Source of the DNA: a virus
Length of the DNA: 64,000 nt
IMG/VR virus record: IMGVR_UViG_3300037418_002133
Span: 1 to 64,000 of that record
Reading direction: 5' to 3' (one strand)
This document shows positions 7,487-17,407 of the stretch, one piece after another; position 1 is the stretch's first letter; the number at the start of each line of letters is the position of its first letter. A model generated the notes under the pieces. The model saw only the letters and a program-made list of their open reading frames with translations, had not been told where the DNA came from and searched no databases. The position numbers and the translations under genes are program-made.

Positions 7487-8586
7487 TCGATCCTTCCGTT
7501 CTCGTGAAAATCGATGGCGACCGGGAATCGCAGCGAGCCGTCCGGCGTGCGTCCGAAGTGTCGAATTGTCGCCTGATGATAGCGAGAGGCGTTTTCGAGC
7601 AGCTCCTTCGCGAATTCCTGGCTACCGCGCATACCGGCGCCTACTTCGTTACCCTCAACATCGAGGACGACACGCTTGGCGTAGCCAGCCCAGTTGCCGA
7701 GCCCCTCCTCGATCCGCTTGATCGGAAATTCCTCGGTAATGAATTCCTTGCGCTTGAGCAGGGACGCCGATCGAGCGTCGAAGTCGTATGGCGCATTGAG
7801 TCGCACCATCTGCCCTTCATAGCCGTTCGCGACATATTCGCCGTTCAGTTGATCGAGCAAATCCTGTGTTCCGACGTGGGCAGTCGAAACAAAGCGAATG
7901 AAGTTCCCACCAAACTTGTCGAATTCCTCGAAAATGTCGGCAAGCGTGGAAGTGCGTTCTCCAAAAGGTGCTCCACATGCCATGTCGTAAACATGGTACT
8001 GGATGAGCTTCGCGGCCTCGGCGCGCTGCTCGTCGGTTGGCTTCTGCTTCCGAACCACGCTGACGATCTTGTTGAAATCGTCCTTGAGATCGTGGTTGTA
8101 GAATTCGCCATCGAGCACCAAGTCCGGATACTTGACGAACACCGGCGCCAGTGCTTCGAGAATGTGATCGCAGTTGTAGTGCCGCTGCAATTCACGGCTG
8201 AAGGCGCCGTGCCGATTGATCATGGCGCGAATGCCATCGAGCTTCGGCTGAGAATAGACCGGGAATTTCAAAGGCTTCTTGAGCTTGTCATAGGACTTCG
8301 CCAGCATCGGCCCTTGCGGGACGGCGCTCAACTCGATCTCGGTCCAGCGATACTCCCGCTTGAGCTTCTTCTTCATTTCAGCTTCGGCCTCAGCGAACGC
8401 CTGCTGTTCCGCGGTTGTCGCATTCGCCCGGCCCTCGTTCTTCGGCTCGCACTTGGTCCAGCCGGACGTGACAAGCGCACCACCCTTGATGCCGGCAATC
8501 GTGCGATAGCTATCGCCCTCGACCTCGTATTGCCAGGTGCGAACCTTGCCAGTGGTGTCGAGCTTGTAGATCGGTGTCGAAATCAT
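7483..8586 (-). CDS. ATP-dependent DNA ligase
   Basis: QPKLDGIR motif I, LDGEFY, YHVYD, EGQMVR, LLKRK motifs. Confidence 0.93.
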   Translation of the reverse strand: MISTPIYKLDTTGKVRTWQYEVEGDSYRTIAGIKGGALVTSGWTKCEPKNEGRANATTAEQQAFAEAEAEMKKKLKREYRWTEIELSAVPQGPMLAKSYDKLKKPLKFPVYSQPKLDGIRAMINRHGAFSRELQRHYNCDHILEALAPVFVKYPDLVLDGEFYNHDLKDDFNKIVSVVRKQKPTDEQRAEAAKLIQYHVYDMACGAPFGERTSTLADIFEEFDKFGGNFIRFVSTAHVGTQDLLDQLNGEYVANGYEGQMVRLNAPYDFDARSASLLKRKEFITEEFPIKRIEEGLGNWAGYAKRVVLDVEGNEVGAGMRGSQEFAKELLENASRYHQATIRHFGRTPDGSLRFPVAIDFHENGRID

Positions 8587-8831
8587 GGATTGTCCTCTTG
8601 CGGTTTGGAGATTGTCGCCGGTGACAGAATGTTCAAAAGATCCATTCGCCGATCACAGGCGTAACTGGCGAACGCAAAGGCGGTGTCGGTGTAGGCAAGG
8701 CGATGAGCCTCGTAGAAAAACTGTTCCAGTTTCTTCAGGCGCCACTCTCGCGTTTCGTCCTCGACAGCCTCGGCTTCGGTCTTGAAGATTTTGCCGGTAT
8801 CGCTCAGGTAGCCGTCGACACGCCTAGCCAT
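8583..8831 (-). CDS. Hypothetical protein
   Basis: ATG at 8831 with GGAG RBS; overlaps both neighbours. Confidence 0.55.
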   Translation of the reverse strand: MARRVDGYLSDTGKIFKTEAEAVEDETREWRLKKLEQFFYEAHRLAYTDTAFAFASYACDRRMDLLNILSPATISKPQEDNP

Positions 8832-9339
8832 GTGTCGTCTCCGCGTTGATGGCCGCGGAAAGATCGCCGGTTGTTGCCGCTTCGATCGTCTTGTCTTTCT
8901 TGACGGCGTGAGACGATTTGGTGTGATGCGGCTTCGAAGTGGCGTGTCCAGCCCGATGCCGGGCAAGATCGTTCGCCTGAAGCAACGCCTGCTGCTCTTT
9001 TGAGTTGAGCGCGAAACGATCCATTTCGCTTTTCAGGACCAGCACCGGCGCGACCTTGTCGAGATCCACGTCGCGCAACTTGCGAAGTGTCGCATCTGTC
9101 GCGTGGTAGTCGTCGCTGCCTTCGCGCACCATCCGCTTAAGAATGAACGGGATCGGGCACTTGCTCGAATGCATGGCGACCTGACAGCCCTGCCGGACAT
9201 CGACTCGATCGCCCCGCGCAACAGCGTCGCGCAAGGCAAAGCATGAGGCGATCTTCGTCTCGGCGTTGAAAACCGGGCATTTGAACCGGAACTGATTTTC
9301 CGGCGACAGTGTCTTCGAATGCATTACCATGCTCCCCAA
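8824..9339 (-). CDS. Hypothetical Cys-containing protein
   Basis: In-operon ORF; CPVF..C..C..C pattern. Confidence 0.65.
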   Translation of the reverse strand: MGSMVMHSKTLSPENQFRFKCPVFNAETKIASCFALRDAVARGDRVDVRQGCQVAMHSSKCPIPFILKRMVREGSDDYHATDATLRKLRDVDLDKVAPVLVLKSEMDRFALNSKEQQALLQANDLARHRAGHATSKPHHTKSSHAVKKDKTIEAATTGDLSAAINAETTHG

Positions 9340-9533
9340 TTCGTCTGTGCAATGTCATCGGCGAACTCTTCGAGTTCGTCGGAATCTTCCAGATCCTCGC
9401 TGCGCGCTCGCAACAAGCCGATCAGTTTGATTTGCGGCGCCCGCAGCGCGACCAGAAGCTCGCCCCGCGCCAGCGTGTTCGCCAGCGCGAGCGCGTCTTC
9501 CAGCATCGGGCGTGAATTCACCAACTTCCCCAC
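9324..9533 (-). CDS. Hypothetical protein ending in WGAW
   Basis: In-operon ORF, acidic C-terminus. Confidence 0.55.
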   Translation of the reverse strand: MGKLVNSRPMLEDALALANTLARGELLVALRAPQIKLIGLLRARSEDLEDSDELEEFADDIAQTNWGAW

Positions 9534-9955
9534 GACGAATTCTCCTTGATGCGTTCTTCGAGCGTTGGCGCAGCGGGTGTGGGATCCGCGATAGTGGGTG
9601 CCGCGACTTCATCGTCGCTCAGCCAATCGACGTTCTTGACGACAGATGCCCAATACAGTCCAAGCGCGCTCTTGAGTTCCTCGATCGTGTCGACCGTCGT
9701 GATCGACTTACCCAACTCCTCCCGGTATTCGCGATGGAATTTACTTCTGACGTAGCTGTTGAAATGTCCTTCAAGCTCCCTCTCGCTCGTGGTGGTTCGA
9801 ACCTTGAGACCGTTGCCCCACTGTCCGGCTTTCGCCCAGCGTGTGATTAGGAAACCCTGGTTCGTGATCGAATCGCGAACAGCGACAAGGTGATAGTCTT
9901 TGCCGCCAGACGAGGAAGGTGCGCGTCCGGATCGACGCTTGATCACATAGGACAT
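9518..9955 (-). CDS. WGR-like domain protein ending in WGSW
   Basis: KDYHL...LITRWAKAGQWG pattern. Confidence 0.55.
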   Translation of the reverse strand: MSYVIKRRSGRAPSSSGGKDYHLVAVRDSITNQGFLITRWAKAGQWGNGLKVRTTTSERELEGHFNSYVRSKFHREYREELGKSITTVDTIEELKSALGLYWASVVKNVDWLSDDEVAAPTIADPTPAAPTLEERIKENSSWGSW

Positions 9956-10035
9956 TTCAGATTGTTCTCTGCGTTGTTAGTGAGACTATAGCGATTTCAT
10001 CGCGGAAAGCGGTCGGCAAAAGTCAGAACTGACAT

Positions 10036-11151
10036 TTATTTTGCGACCGTATACGGATTGCGCAGGCGCCATTTCACCGATAGCCCCTTACTATAGCGCT
10101 TGGCCGACCAGAACGCCTGACGCACAACCTCGGGCAGAACCTCGTTGGGATCCCGATCGGCCGGCAACAGTGCGATGCGCGCCTTAAGACCGATCTTTTC
10201 GAGAAGTTCGGCGGCGTCCAGCGCCGAAACCAAGGCCCGCCATTCGCCGTCCCACATGATCGTGACCTCTTGAGTGCCAAGATTGCGAAGCTGACGGAAA
10301 CGACCCAACTGATCATTGCCGTCTACCGATCCGTAGCTCAGGTGCTTGCCGAATGATCCCACGGCGATCACGTCCCGTAGCTCGGCGTTTTCGTCGAAGG
10401 CTTTCTTGATCGCCATAACGTCAAAGGCGCCCTCGCCCATGCAAACGCGGCGATGCCGTTGGGCTGATTGACCATTCAAAAGATATCGACCGGTTCCAGG
10501 CAAGCCTTTCGGAAAGAGATATTTCCGATCACCGGCAGTTCCTGTGACGTCACGTCCCTGAAATGTCTTGCATTCGCCGTCGAGGTCGAACACCGGGATG
10601 ATGACTCGACCGTCGAACCGCTGACCTCCGGTTGTGCCATCTTCGCGCGGGAAATTGTGCCAGCCTTTTTCGCAGTAGCGCAGGTGAAAATATTTGGCGA
10701 GATCGTTGGTGATGCCGCGTTCTTCGAGGTAAATCAGGTTGCGACCGTCCTTGGTCGGCAAGGCCATTGACGACGGCAGTTTGACCGTTCCAATGTCGAC
10801 CGCGACCGTCGTGGTGGTCCGTGGACGCCAACCGCGCTCACCCATGACCTCTTCCATATGACGATAGGTCGCGCGCCAATCGGCTTTGCTCTCCATGTCA
10901 TGACCGAGGGTCAGATGGACGAATTTTTGCTTGCTGAAGGTCTCATTGCAGACGAAGCAGTTGCCGCGCCCGGTTTCGGCGTTGAGATAGGTTCGCCAGC
11001 GACGATCGCCACACGCCGGACAGGTCTGCGCGTTAATCTGCATTCCTGACGAGCCGCGGCCGAGCTTGTAGGCCACGCTCTCGCGTTCGAACCAATACTC
11101 CAGATCGAACGACTCCAGGAATTCTCTGGTTTCGCTAGAGCTTGACACCAA
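10036..11151 (-). CDS. DNA primase (Zn-binding plus TOPRIM)
   Basis: CPACG..CFVC, YLEERGI, GRVIIPV, EGAFD, WDGE, DPNE. Confidence 0.9.
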   Translation of the reverse strand: MVSSSSETREFLESFDLEYWFERESVAYKLGRGSSGMQINAQTCPACGDRRWRTYLNAETGRGNCFVCNETFSKQKFVHLTLGHDMESKADWRATYRHMEEVMGERGWRPRTTTTVAVDIGTVKLPSSMALPTKDGRNLIYLEERGITNDLAKYFHLRYCEKGWHNFPREDGTTGGQRFDGRVIIPVFDLDGECKTFQGRDVTGTAGDRKYLFPKGLPGTGRYLLNGQSAQRHRRVCMGEGAFDVMAIKKAFDENAELRDVIAVGSFGKHLSYGSVDGNDQLGRFRQLRNLGTQEVTIMWDGEWRALVSALDAAELLEKIGLKARIALLPADRDPNEVLPEVVRQAFWSAKRYSKGLSVKWRLRNPYTVAK

Positions 11152-12481
11152 GAACCTTCTTGAGGAAGCGCATCGTTGCGCGGTCCTGTTCGATATCGAG
11201 GGTGATTTCCTTTTGATTTCGACTGGCCGCGAAATAAAGCCTAGCCTTGCCGGCCGCGATTTCAGCCTCAGTTGCGTTGCCCGAGATCACCAGATCGGCC
11301 GTGCGGATCTTGTTGTAGTCTTCCGCAACGTCCGTTGCGGAGGCCACAGAGGCTTTCGCGCCGTCGCGGTTGGTCTGCGTCGCGGTCAACAAGGCCGCGT
11401 TTTCCATCTGAGCCAGCGCGCGCAGATCGACCCAGATTTGCCGCGAATCTTCACGCGGAATGCCGGTCGTCTTTTCCGGCATCATGATATCCGCGTAGTC
11501 GACCACGATCATGTCGAACACAACGCCCTTGTGACGATAGCGTTCGACCAGGCGCCGCAACTGCGACACCTTGAGCGTTCCACTGGGGAAGTCGTGAATC
11601 ATGATCGGCTTGGCGTGAGCCTCGGCCTCACGGACAGCCTTCTCGACGATTGACGGTTTGTGTTTCAACAGATCCATCACCGTCTCGGAAAAATTCGCAT
11701 CGAGACGATCGGCGTAAATCTTGGCCGAGACTTCACAGGTGACAATCAGAACGTTGTAGCCGGCGAGTGATGCATTCTTGCCAAAGTCGCCAAGCGACAT
11801 CGACTTGCCGAACTTTGCGCGCGCCATGATTGCGGTCAGTTCGCCGCGACCCCATCCGCCGTTGTAGAGGTGTTTGTCGAGGTCGGGGAAGCCAGTTGTA
11901 ATGCCGTCCGCCTTGATTTCACCGGTCAGCAGCTTCTTGCGGTGTTCGGTGCGGGCGCCGATCTCCTTGAAATAGTCGTAGGCGTTCATATCGTCGTTGG
12001 CGCCGACATCAAGAGCCTGACGAACAAGTCGATCGATGCCGACGTAGTCCTTGCGCTTGAGCAGATCGACCGACTTGATGATCGCATCTTCCATCGCGCG
12101 TTCTTTGGCGAAGTCCGCAACAACGTCGATGACAAAGTCGCGATCACCGATCTTGAACTTCATCGCCTCAGCGACAGCCTTGCAGACGTCTCTCCACTCG
12201 TCGTCCTTGATACGACGAGCGATGCGCTCGGCCTTCAATAAGGTTGCGATTGACGCAAGATCGGGCGGCTTCCGGTACTTGGCGTAGAATTTACCGAAGA
12301 TATCAATCAGGACAGCATCCGCCGGATTCTCGAAATATTCCGGCTTGATCAGTCCGTCCGTGCGCTGATTGAAGGTCAGATCGCGCATGGTCAGAGCGAC
12401 GATCTTCGTTTGGAACGAAGCGTCGTAAGTAAAGCCCGGCGCTGTCGTCGGGCTTTCTGCTGTGGCGATCTCGTCGGTCAT
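11135..12481 (-). CDS. dnaB: DnaB-like replicative helicase
   Basis: GITTGFPDLD, Walker A ARAKFGKS, Walker B IVVDYAD, TATQTNR. Confidence 0.92.
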   Translation of the reverse strand: MTDEIATAESPTTAPGFTYDASFQTKIVALTMRDLTFNQRTDGLIKPEYFENPADAVLIDIFGKFYAKYRKPPDLASIATLLKAERIARRIKDDEWRDVCKAVAEAMKFKIGDRDFVIDVVADFAKERAMEDAIIKSVDLLKRKDYVGIDRLVRQALDVGANDDMNAYDYFKEIGARTEHRKKLLTGEIKADGITTGFPDLDKHLYNGGWGRGELTAIMARAKFGKSMSLGDFGKNASLAGYNVLIVTCEVSAKIYADRLDANFSETVMDLLKHKPSIVEKAVREAEAHAKPIMIHDFPSGTLKVSQLRRLVERYRHKGVVFDMIVVDYADIMMPEKTTGIPREDSRQIWVDLRALAQMENAALLTATQTNRDGAKASVASATDVAEDYNKIRTADLVISGNATEAEIAAGKARLYFAASRNQKEITLDIEQDRATMRFLKKVLGVKL

Positions 12482-12744
12482 TACGCTGCTGAATATCCCA
12501 TGAGAGCAGCCTTAAATAAAGTCAGAACTGACTTTTCCCCGTCGACCGAAACTTCGACCTTGAGAGTGTACTGATCGGCCTCGACGAGGATAGCTTCCTT
12601 CGGCTGAAGCGTGGCAATTGGCGTAAAGATGATCGCCTTGCCCCTGAGCGCCGTCAGTTCATCTTGATGCGACCAGCGCTTTTGCGTCGTTGGTTTCGGC
12701 TTGACGCTGAGAACAGGACGTCGCGGCGGATTAAGTACTCTCAT
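12481..12744 (-). CDS. Small Sm/Hfq-like protein
   Basis: ILVEADQYTLKV...LTLFKAALMGY resembles Sm1/Sm2 motifs. Confidence 0.5.
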   Translation of the reverse strand: MRVLNPPRRPVLSVKPKPTTQKRWSHQDELTALRGKAIIFTPIATLQPKEAILVEADQYTLKVEVSVDGEKSVLTLFKAALMGYSAA

Positions 12745-12763
12745 AGCAAGTCTTTCTGTTTGC

Positions 12764-13555
12764 TCAATTATAGTGAGATTGCATCGGGTAGCGGCCGGCG
12801 TGTGTCAGAACGCGCGCATAGACCTCGTCGCCGAGGCGCGACTTTACCTTCTCAGGCGGCAACACCCCCTGCTCCCAGATCAGCCGCGCAATCAGCTCGG
12901 GATTGTCGTGCCGGCGATCGATTTGACGAAACAGCCATTCGTGATGGTCGTTCTGGTGATGCGTCTGACCCTCGAAGCCGGAACCCGCCAATGTCTGACG
13001 CAACTTCTCGTAGGCTGTGTTCTGATATTGCGGCAGACGCGAAAAGAACAGATTGGCGTTTTGGCGCTCATCCCAGGAGATCGCCGCGCGATCGGTCACC
13101 AGGTCCGAATAGAGCTGCTGCGGGCGCGGCGGGTTGCGCTGCTTCCAGTATCGCATGGTCCAGTGAAAGGCGAATTCGAGGTATTCGGGATATGGCATTC
13201 CCATCGCATCTGCGAACATGCGACCGCGCCAGATGCCCGACACCAATTGCTTCTTCGCCCGAATCTGCTCGGAGGTAGCGCCTTCTGGAATTTCGAACAA
13301 GGTTTCAAGTTTAAGCGGGGTGACATACGGCCCCCGTTCCGAACTGAAATTCTTGCTGTAGGTCAGCCGGTAAAACCTCACGAATTCGTGGGCGTAGAGA
13401 TAGGTCGCCTGGACCGGATTAAGGTATCGGTAATCGAACCACTTACCGCGATAAAGCTGTGGTTCCATTGCAATCCAGTCCTTGCGAATGAACTTGTTCA
13501 TCAGACGCGCGGCGTCGTCGGGACCGGTATCCAGGCCAAAAATCTCTTCGGACAT
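12764..13555 (-). CDS. Hypothetical protein of the replication operon (possible lytic initiator or helicase loader)
   Basis: 263-aa ORF heading the helicase-primase operon; function inferred from position only. Confidence 0.6.
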   Translation of the reverse strand: MSEEIFGLDTGPDDAARLMNKFIRKDWIAMEPQLYRGKWFDYRYLNPVQATYLYAHEFVRFYRLTYSKNFSSERGPYVTPLKLETLFEIPEGATSEQIRAKKQLVSGIWRGRMFADAMGMPYPEYLEFAFHWTMRYWKQRNPPRPQQLYSDLVTDRAAISWDERQNANLFFSRLPQYQNTAYEKLRQTLAGSGFEGQTHHQNDHHEWLFRQIDRRHDNPELIARLIWEQGVLPPEKVKSRLGDEVYARVLTHAGRYPMQSHYN

Positions 13556-13609
13556 TACACTCTCGAATTAGACGCATCGTGCGCTTTGATGATGTGAATA
13601 TAGCGTCAT

Positions 13610-14368
13610 TCACTCGGTCGTGTGATTCTGTTCATATCGCAAGGCAATTGCGTTGCACATGGGATCCCGAACAATATCGGCCGCGGTAAACTCGATGAAG
13701 GCAACATTGCCGAGGCCGCGCAGCCGCCTGACGGCATCCGCAAGACCCGACTGACCCGGAATGTCCTTCTGGCGCGGATCACCATTGATGATGAATTTGG
13801 CGTTCTCGCCGATACGGGTCAGGAACATCTTCATCTGGGCCGGCGTGGTGTTCTGGGCTTCGTCCAGCAGTACCCAGCAATTCTTTAACGTGGAGCCGCG
13901 CAGGAGCCCCAGCGGACGCGCCTCAATCGTTCCCGCTTTCAGATGATACTCGACTGCCCCGGAGCCCAAACGCTCCTCCAGCGCGTCGCGAACGGGCCGG
14001 AAATACGGTTCGTATTTCTCGTCTAGCTCGCCCGGCAGAAAGCCGAGGCTCTCGCCGGCCTCGATCGCCGGGCGGGTCACGATGATTCGTTCGATCTTGC
14101 GCGTCTCAAGCTGTTCGGCGGCGCGGGCCGCAGCCCACCAGGTCTTACCCGTGCCAGCGGGACCGGTGCCGAAGACGACCCGGTTGTTCAATATGGCGAC
14201 GTCGTAACGCCGCTGATTTTCGGTGAGAGGTTTAAGAACAGCCTTGGCTGCTTTGACCGGCCGGCGCTGCGTTTCTGTTCGCACCAGCCTAAGCAACGGT
14301 CCGTGATCAGGCGTTTTTGCCATCCTCCGCTTCTGACGAGCGGTTGCGCGGTCCATCGAGCGGGCCAT
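13610..14368 (-). CDS. phoH: PhoH-family ATPase
   Basis: GPAGTGKT, LGFLPG, LRGSTL, LDEAQN, TRIGEN, GDPRQ. Confidence 0.95.
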   Translation of the reverse strand: MARSMDRATARQKRRMAKTPDHGPLLRLVRTETQRRPVKAAKAVLKPLTENQRRYDVAILNNRVVFGTGPAGTGKTWWAAARAAEQLETRKIERIIVTRPAIEAGESLGFLPGELDEKYEPYFRPVRDALEERLGSGAVEYHLKAGTIEARPLGLLRGSTLKNCWVLLDEAQNTTPAQMKMFLTRIGENAKFIINGDPRQKDIPGQSGLADAVRRLRGLGNVAFIEFTAADIVRDPMCNAIALRYEQNHTTE

Positions 14369-14834
14369 TCTTTACTCCGTTGGCAGGTTTGTTTTTGGTG
14401 GTTTTGAGCGACTTGATTCGAAGGGTCTGGATACGACCGCTCGTGACTGAGTTGTGCGCACGGGCGGCTCGAATCGCATCGACGGAGCTGGCGCCAGCCC
14501 ACATCGCACCCAAAGCGATGTCCGAGCCTGCACCAATTGAACAATAAGGACCGATCACAGGGATTGGATCGGGACTGAAGTTTTCGAACGCATTGACCTT
14601 GCCGTCGTCAGTGATGACCAACGCAGCCAGATCAGCCATTTTAGGATATTCAGATTCGTCGGCGCCGTTGCGGATCCAACGAATGAACGCCTGGATTTCA
14701 GAGAGACGCCCGGCGCATCCAACAATCACGCCGCGAACACGAAAGACCTTCCGAACGCCGTGAACATTGGTTTCACCTTCCCAACAAGAACTGTCGGCTG
14801 CGAGAACGCCAGCTCGGTACGCAACGGTCGTCAT
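14307..14834 (-). CDS. Ntn-hydrolase/proteasome-subunit (HslV-like) protein
   Basis: N-terminal MTTVAY...LAADS, SIGAGS..ALGAM. Confidence 0.75.
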   Translation of the reverse strand: MTTVAYRAGVLAADSSCWEGETNVHGVRKVFRVRGVIVGCAGRLSEIQAFIRWIRNGADESEYPKMADLAALVITDDGKVNAFENFSPDPIPVIGPYCSIGAGSDIALGAMWAGASSVDAIRAARAHNSVTSGRIQTLRIKSLKTTKNKPANGVKNGPLDGPRNRSSEAEDGKNA

Positions 14835-14845
14835 CGACCTACTCC

Positions 14846-15073
14846 TTAGACCGGAGTGGTCGCTCCAACCGGTCGAGCGCCGGAACCTGGCGCATTGGAA
14901 GTCGCGCCGTTCATATCGGCCCAGGTGATGACACCACCTCGATTGACGCGAACGAAATAGGCGTTGGTGTCATCGGTCCACAGGGTTTCGCTGATGGTCG
15001 ACAGGACGTCGGGAGCACCATCAAGAACGCGATTTTCCTCGTTTTGGGTCTGCGAAACGTCTGGCATCATCAA
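14846..15073 (-). CDS. Hypothetical protein
   Basis: GGAG RBS, just downstream of a palindrome copy. Confidence 0.55.
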   Translation of the reverse strand: MMMPDVSQTQNEENRVLDGAPDVLSTISETLWTDDTNAYFVRVNRGGVITWADMNGATSNAPGSGARPVGATTPV

Positions 15074-15117
15074 TCTCCGATCTGTGCAGATAGTATAGTC
15101 AGAACTGACTTACATTT

Positions 15118-16965
15118 CTAGCGGCGAAATTTGCCGTTCTGGAGCGTCAGGAGCGCGCGCTTGCCGTCCGGGTACTGCACGATCAGGGTTACGGCCCAGC
15201 CTGACGGCCCTTTATTGTAGCCGTGTTGCAGCTCCATCACGCCGGCGACGTAGACGCCGTCCTCGATCTGGGGCGAGTGCTTGTCGCCGATCGACATTTT
15301 GCGACCCATGCGCGCAAAGCCGGCAACAGTTCCCTTCGCGCCATTGGCGCCACGGAAGCCGTGATGACCGTGCTCGATGCCGTCGATGATGAAGGATTTG
15401 CCGTCATAGGCCCAGGACACGCCATGATCGAGCGCAGGACGAACGCGACGCACGGCGCATTCGAGCAGACTGAAATCGGGTGCGGATGAATAGGTGTCGC
15501 GAGCGCGAGCGATCTTCTTGCGCTGCTCGATCAGATCCCGTTCGAGCAGATTGCCGATATCGAAGTTTTTGCCGTCGCCGCGAAATCGGCCTTCGGTGAT
15601 ATAGCGGTCCAGCGCGATGTCGTGGTTCGCCTCGATGACCTTGATTTCGGTGCCGGATCGACGAATGGCGAGAAGATAGTCGGCCACCTCCTCGATCTCG
15701 GTCAGGACGTTGTCGCGACCGCGCCATGCCTGCTCGAAGTTGTGCAGGACGTCATCGGCGTGGTGATGATTGCGGGTCTCGTTGTCGAAGATGTCGTGCG
15801 CGGTGATAAATTCCGGATTGAGCACATCGACTAGGCAGTCCTTGGTCACCTTCTTGCCGGTTGTGATATCGATGCCGTAGATCGCCTTTGCGTTAGTTGG
15901 CGCCATCTTGGCGCGATGACTGTCCGGTGTCGTCAGCGCCTTGATGCGATGCTTGCCGCGAATGACCTTGCCGTCTGTAACATAGGCGTCGAGATCGTAG
16001 AAGTTGCCGTCCTTGTCCGCGGAAATGTGCCGGCAGAATATATTCCCATCCTTGTCGAATTCGACGATCACGGCGCCGAGAACGTGATGAAACACCGACT
16101 TGATGCCGGCCTTGCGGGGAATAACCTTCGGACGGGTGACAACGCCGGTTGTCATGACCTGGCGTGCCTGTTGGGTCGGATCGGTCGATGGCACGCTCTT
16201 GAGCTGGCGCTTGGCGTGGGGAAATACCGCCCACCTGCCCCGGCTATATGTCACCAAGTCTGTAATGGGACTCGACGCTGTTGGAATAATGTTCATTTCG
16301 CCGCAGAACACAAAGTCGTTGCCGATCTGCATCTGGCCGAAACACAGGTAGTCGACCAGCTCCTTGGCGTAGGATCGCGAGGTCGGATTGTTTTCGCTCC
16401 ACCATTGGGTCTCGTAGGTGCCAGGGCCGATCGCAATGGTGCCGCCGAGATCAGCCGCGTAAGCCTTGAGATTGCGCCAGAAACCCTCGTGAACCTCGGT
16501 GTCGTTCTGGGCGCAGGAGAAGATCATCGTCCTGTTGCGGGCACTCTTGATCGGGGCGACGCGCAGGGTGTCGGATAGCCAGGTCCGCGGCGTGCCCTCG
16601 ACCATTTCATAGGCGCCGCTGGAACGATTGTATCGGCGCGACAGAAAGCTCTCGACGACGATGGCTTCCGGATTGATCAGAGGGTAGTTGGTGTTCATCA
16701 CCAAGCCGGTGACCTCTTCCGCAAGAGATCGAGCGCGGGCGCGGGCATGATCCTGTGGAAGCGGCTTCTCAGCTTTCTCTTTGATGTGAACCTTATTGCG
16801 ATCAATCAGAGCCGGTTCCATCTTATGCGCCCGGTACATCGCCGCGCGTTCGCGAATTGTGCGCGGTGCGATCTTGAGTTTGATCGCTAATTCCGCCATA
16901 GACGGATATTTTTTGATGTTGTTGTAGGCTTTGGCGAAAGAAAGATAATCAGCCGAGGTCGTCAT
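15118..16965 (-). CDS. Large protein with N-terminal HTH-like region and C-terminal metallophosphoesterase-like domain
   Basis: DSH, HDIFD, ANHD, HGHHG, GDKHS motifs. Confidence 0.65.
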   Translation of the reverse strand: MTTSADYLSFAKAYNNIKKYPSMAELAIKLKIAPRTIRERAAMYRAHKMEPALIDRNKVHIKEKAEKPLPQDHARARARSLAEEVTGLVMNTNYPLINPEAIVVESFLSRRYNRSSGAYEMVEGTPRTWLSDTLRVAPIKSARNRTMIFSCAQNDTEVHEGFWRNLKAYAADLGGTIAIGPGTYETQWWSENNPTSRSYAKELVDYLCFGQMQIGNDFVFCGEMNIIPTASSPITDLVTYSRGRWAVFPHAKRQLKSVPSTDPTQQARQVMTTGVVTRPKVIPRKAGIKSVFHHVLGAVIVEFDKDGNIFCRHISADKDGNFYDLDAYVTDGKVIRGKHRIKALTTPDSHRAKMAPTNAKAIYGIDITTGKKVTKDCLVDVLNPEFITAHDIFDNETRNHHHADDVLHNFEQAWRGRDNVLTEIEEVADYLLAIRRSGTEIKVIEANHDIALDRYITEGRFRGDGKNFDIGNLLERDLIEQRKKIARARDTYSSAPDFSLLECAVRRVRPALDHGVSWAYDGKSFIIDGIEHGHHGFRGANGAKGTVAGFARMGRKMSIGDKHSPQIEDGVYVAGVMELQHGYNKGPSGWAVTLIVQYPDGKRALLTLQNGKFRR

Positions 16966-17077
16966 GTAGATCTTATCCGGTTGGATCGTTCAAAAGCAGC
17001 AAGTGATCCGGAACCCTTCGATAAAAAGCCGTCTCTTCACTCTTACTACTTACTTTTAAGAATCTAAGAGTCAGTAG

Positions 17078-17407
17078 TTATTGCGAAGAAGCGGCTCCGG
17101 AAACACAAACGTCTTTTCCTTCGCGGACTTCGTAGTAACAAAACAAAGCGTTGGCCTGGAGCATCCAGTTATAGATCTCGACCTTGTTCTCGATGCTGCG
17201 TTTCGCCTCTGAGGGTGTCAGACAGATCATCTTGCCGCAGCGCTTGTACGGTTCATCGTACAGCTTGAGCGGGGCCGGTCGGGCTGGCTTTGCTGTCGCT
17301 ACTGGGTCCGGGACGAACTTGGTCTCCCGCGGCATGTTCGAGCAGCCGGTTAAGCTCCCGATTGCGAGCATTGAGAGTAGCAACGGCGTGGTCAGCCTTT
17401 TCATCAT
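17078..17407 (-). CDS. o-spanin (Rz1-like lipoprotein)
   Basis: Signal peptide with lipobox LTGC, Pro-rich, overlaps the 3' end of the i-spanin. Confidence 0.75.
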   Translation of the reverse strand: MMKRLTTPLLLSMLAIGSLTGCSNMPRETKFVPDPVATAKPARPAPLKLYDEPYKRCGKMICLTPSEAKRSIENKVEIYNWMLQANALFCYYEVREGKDVCVSGAASSQ

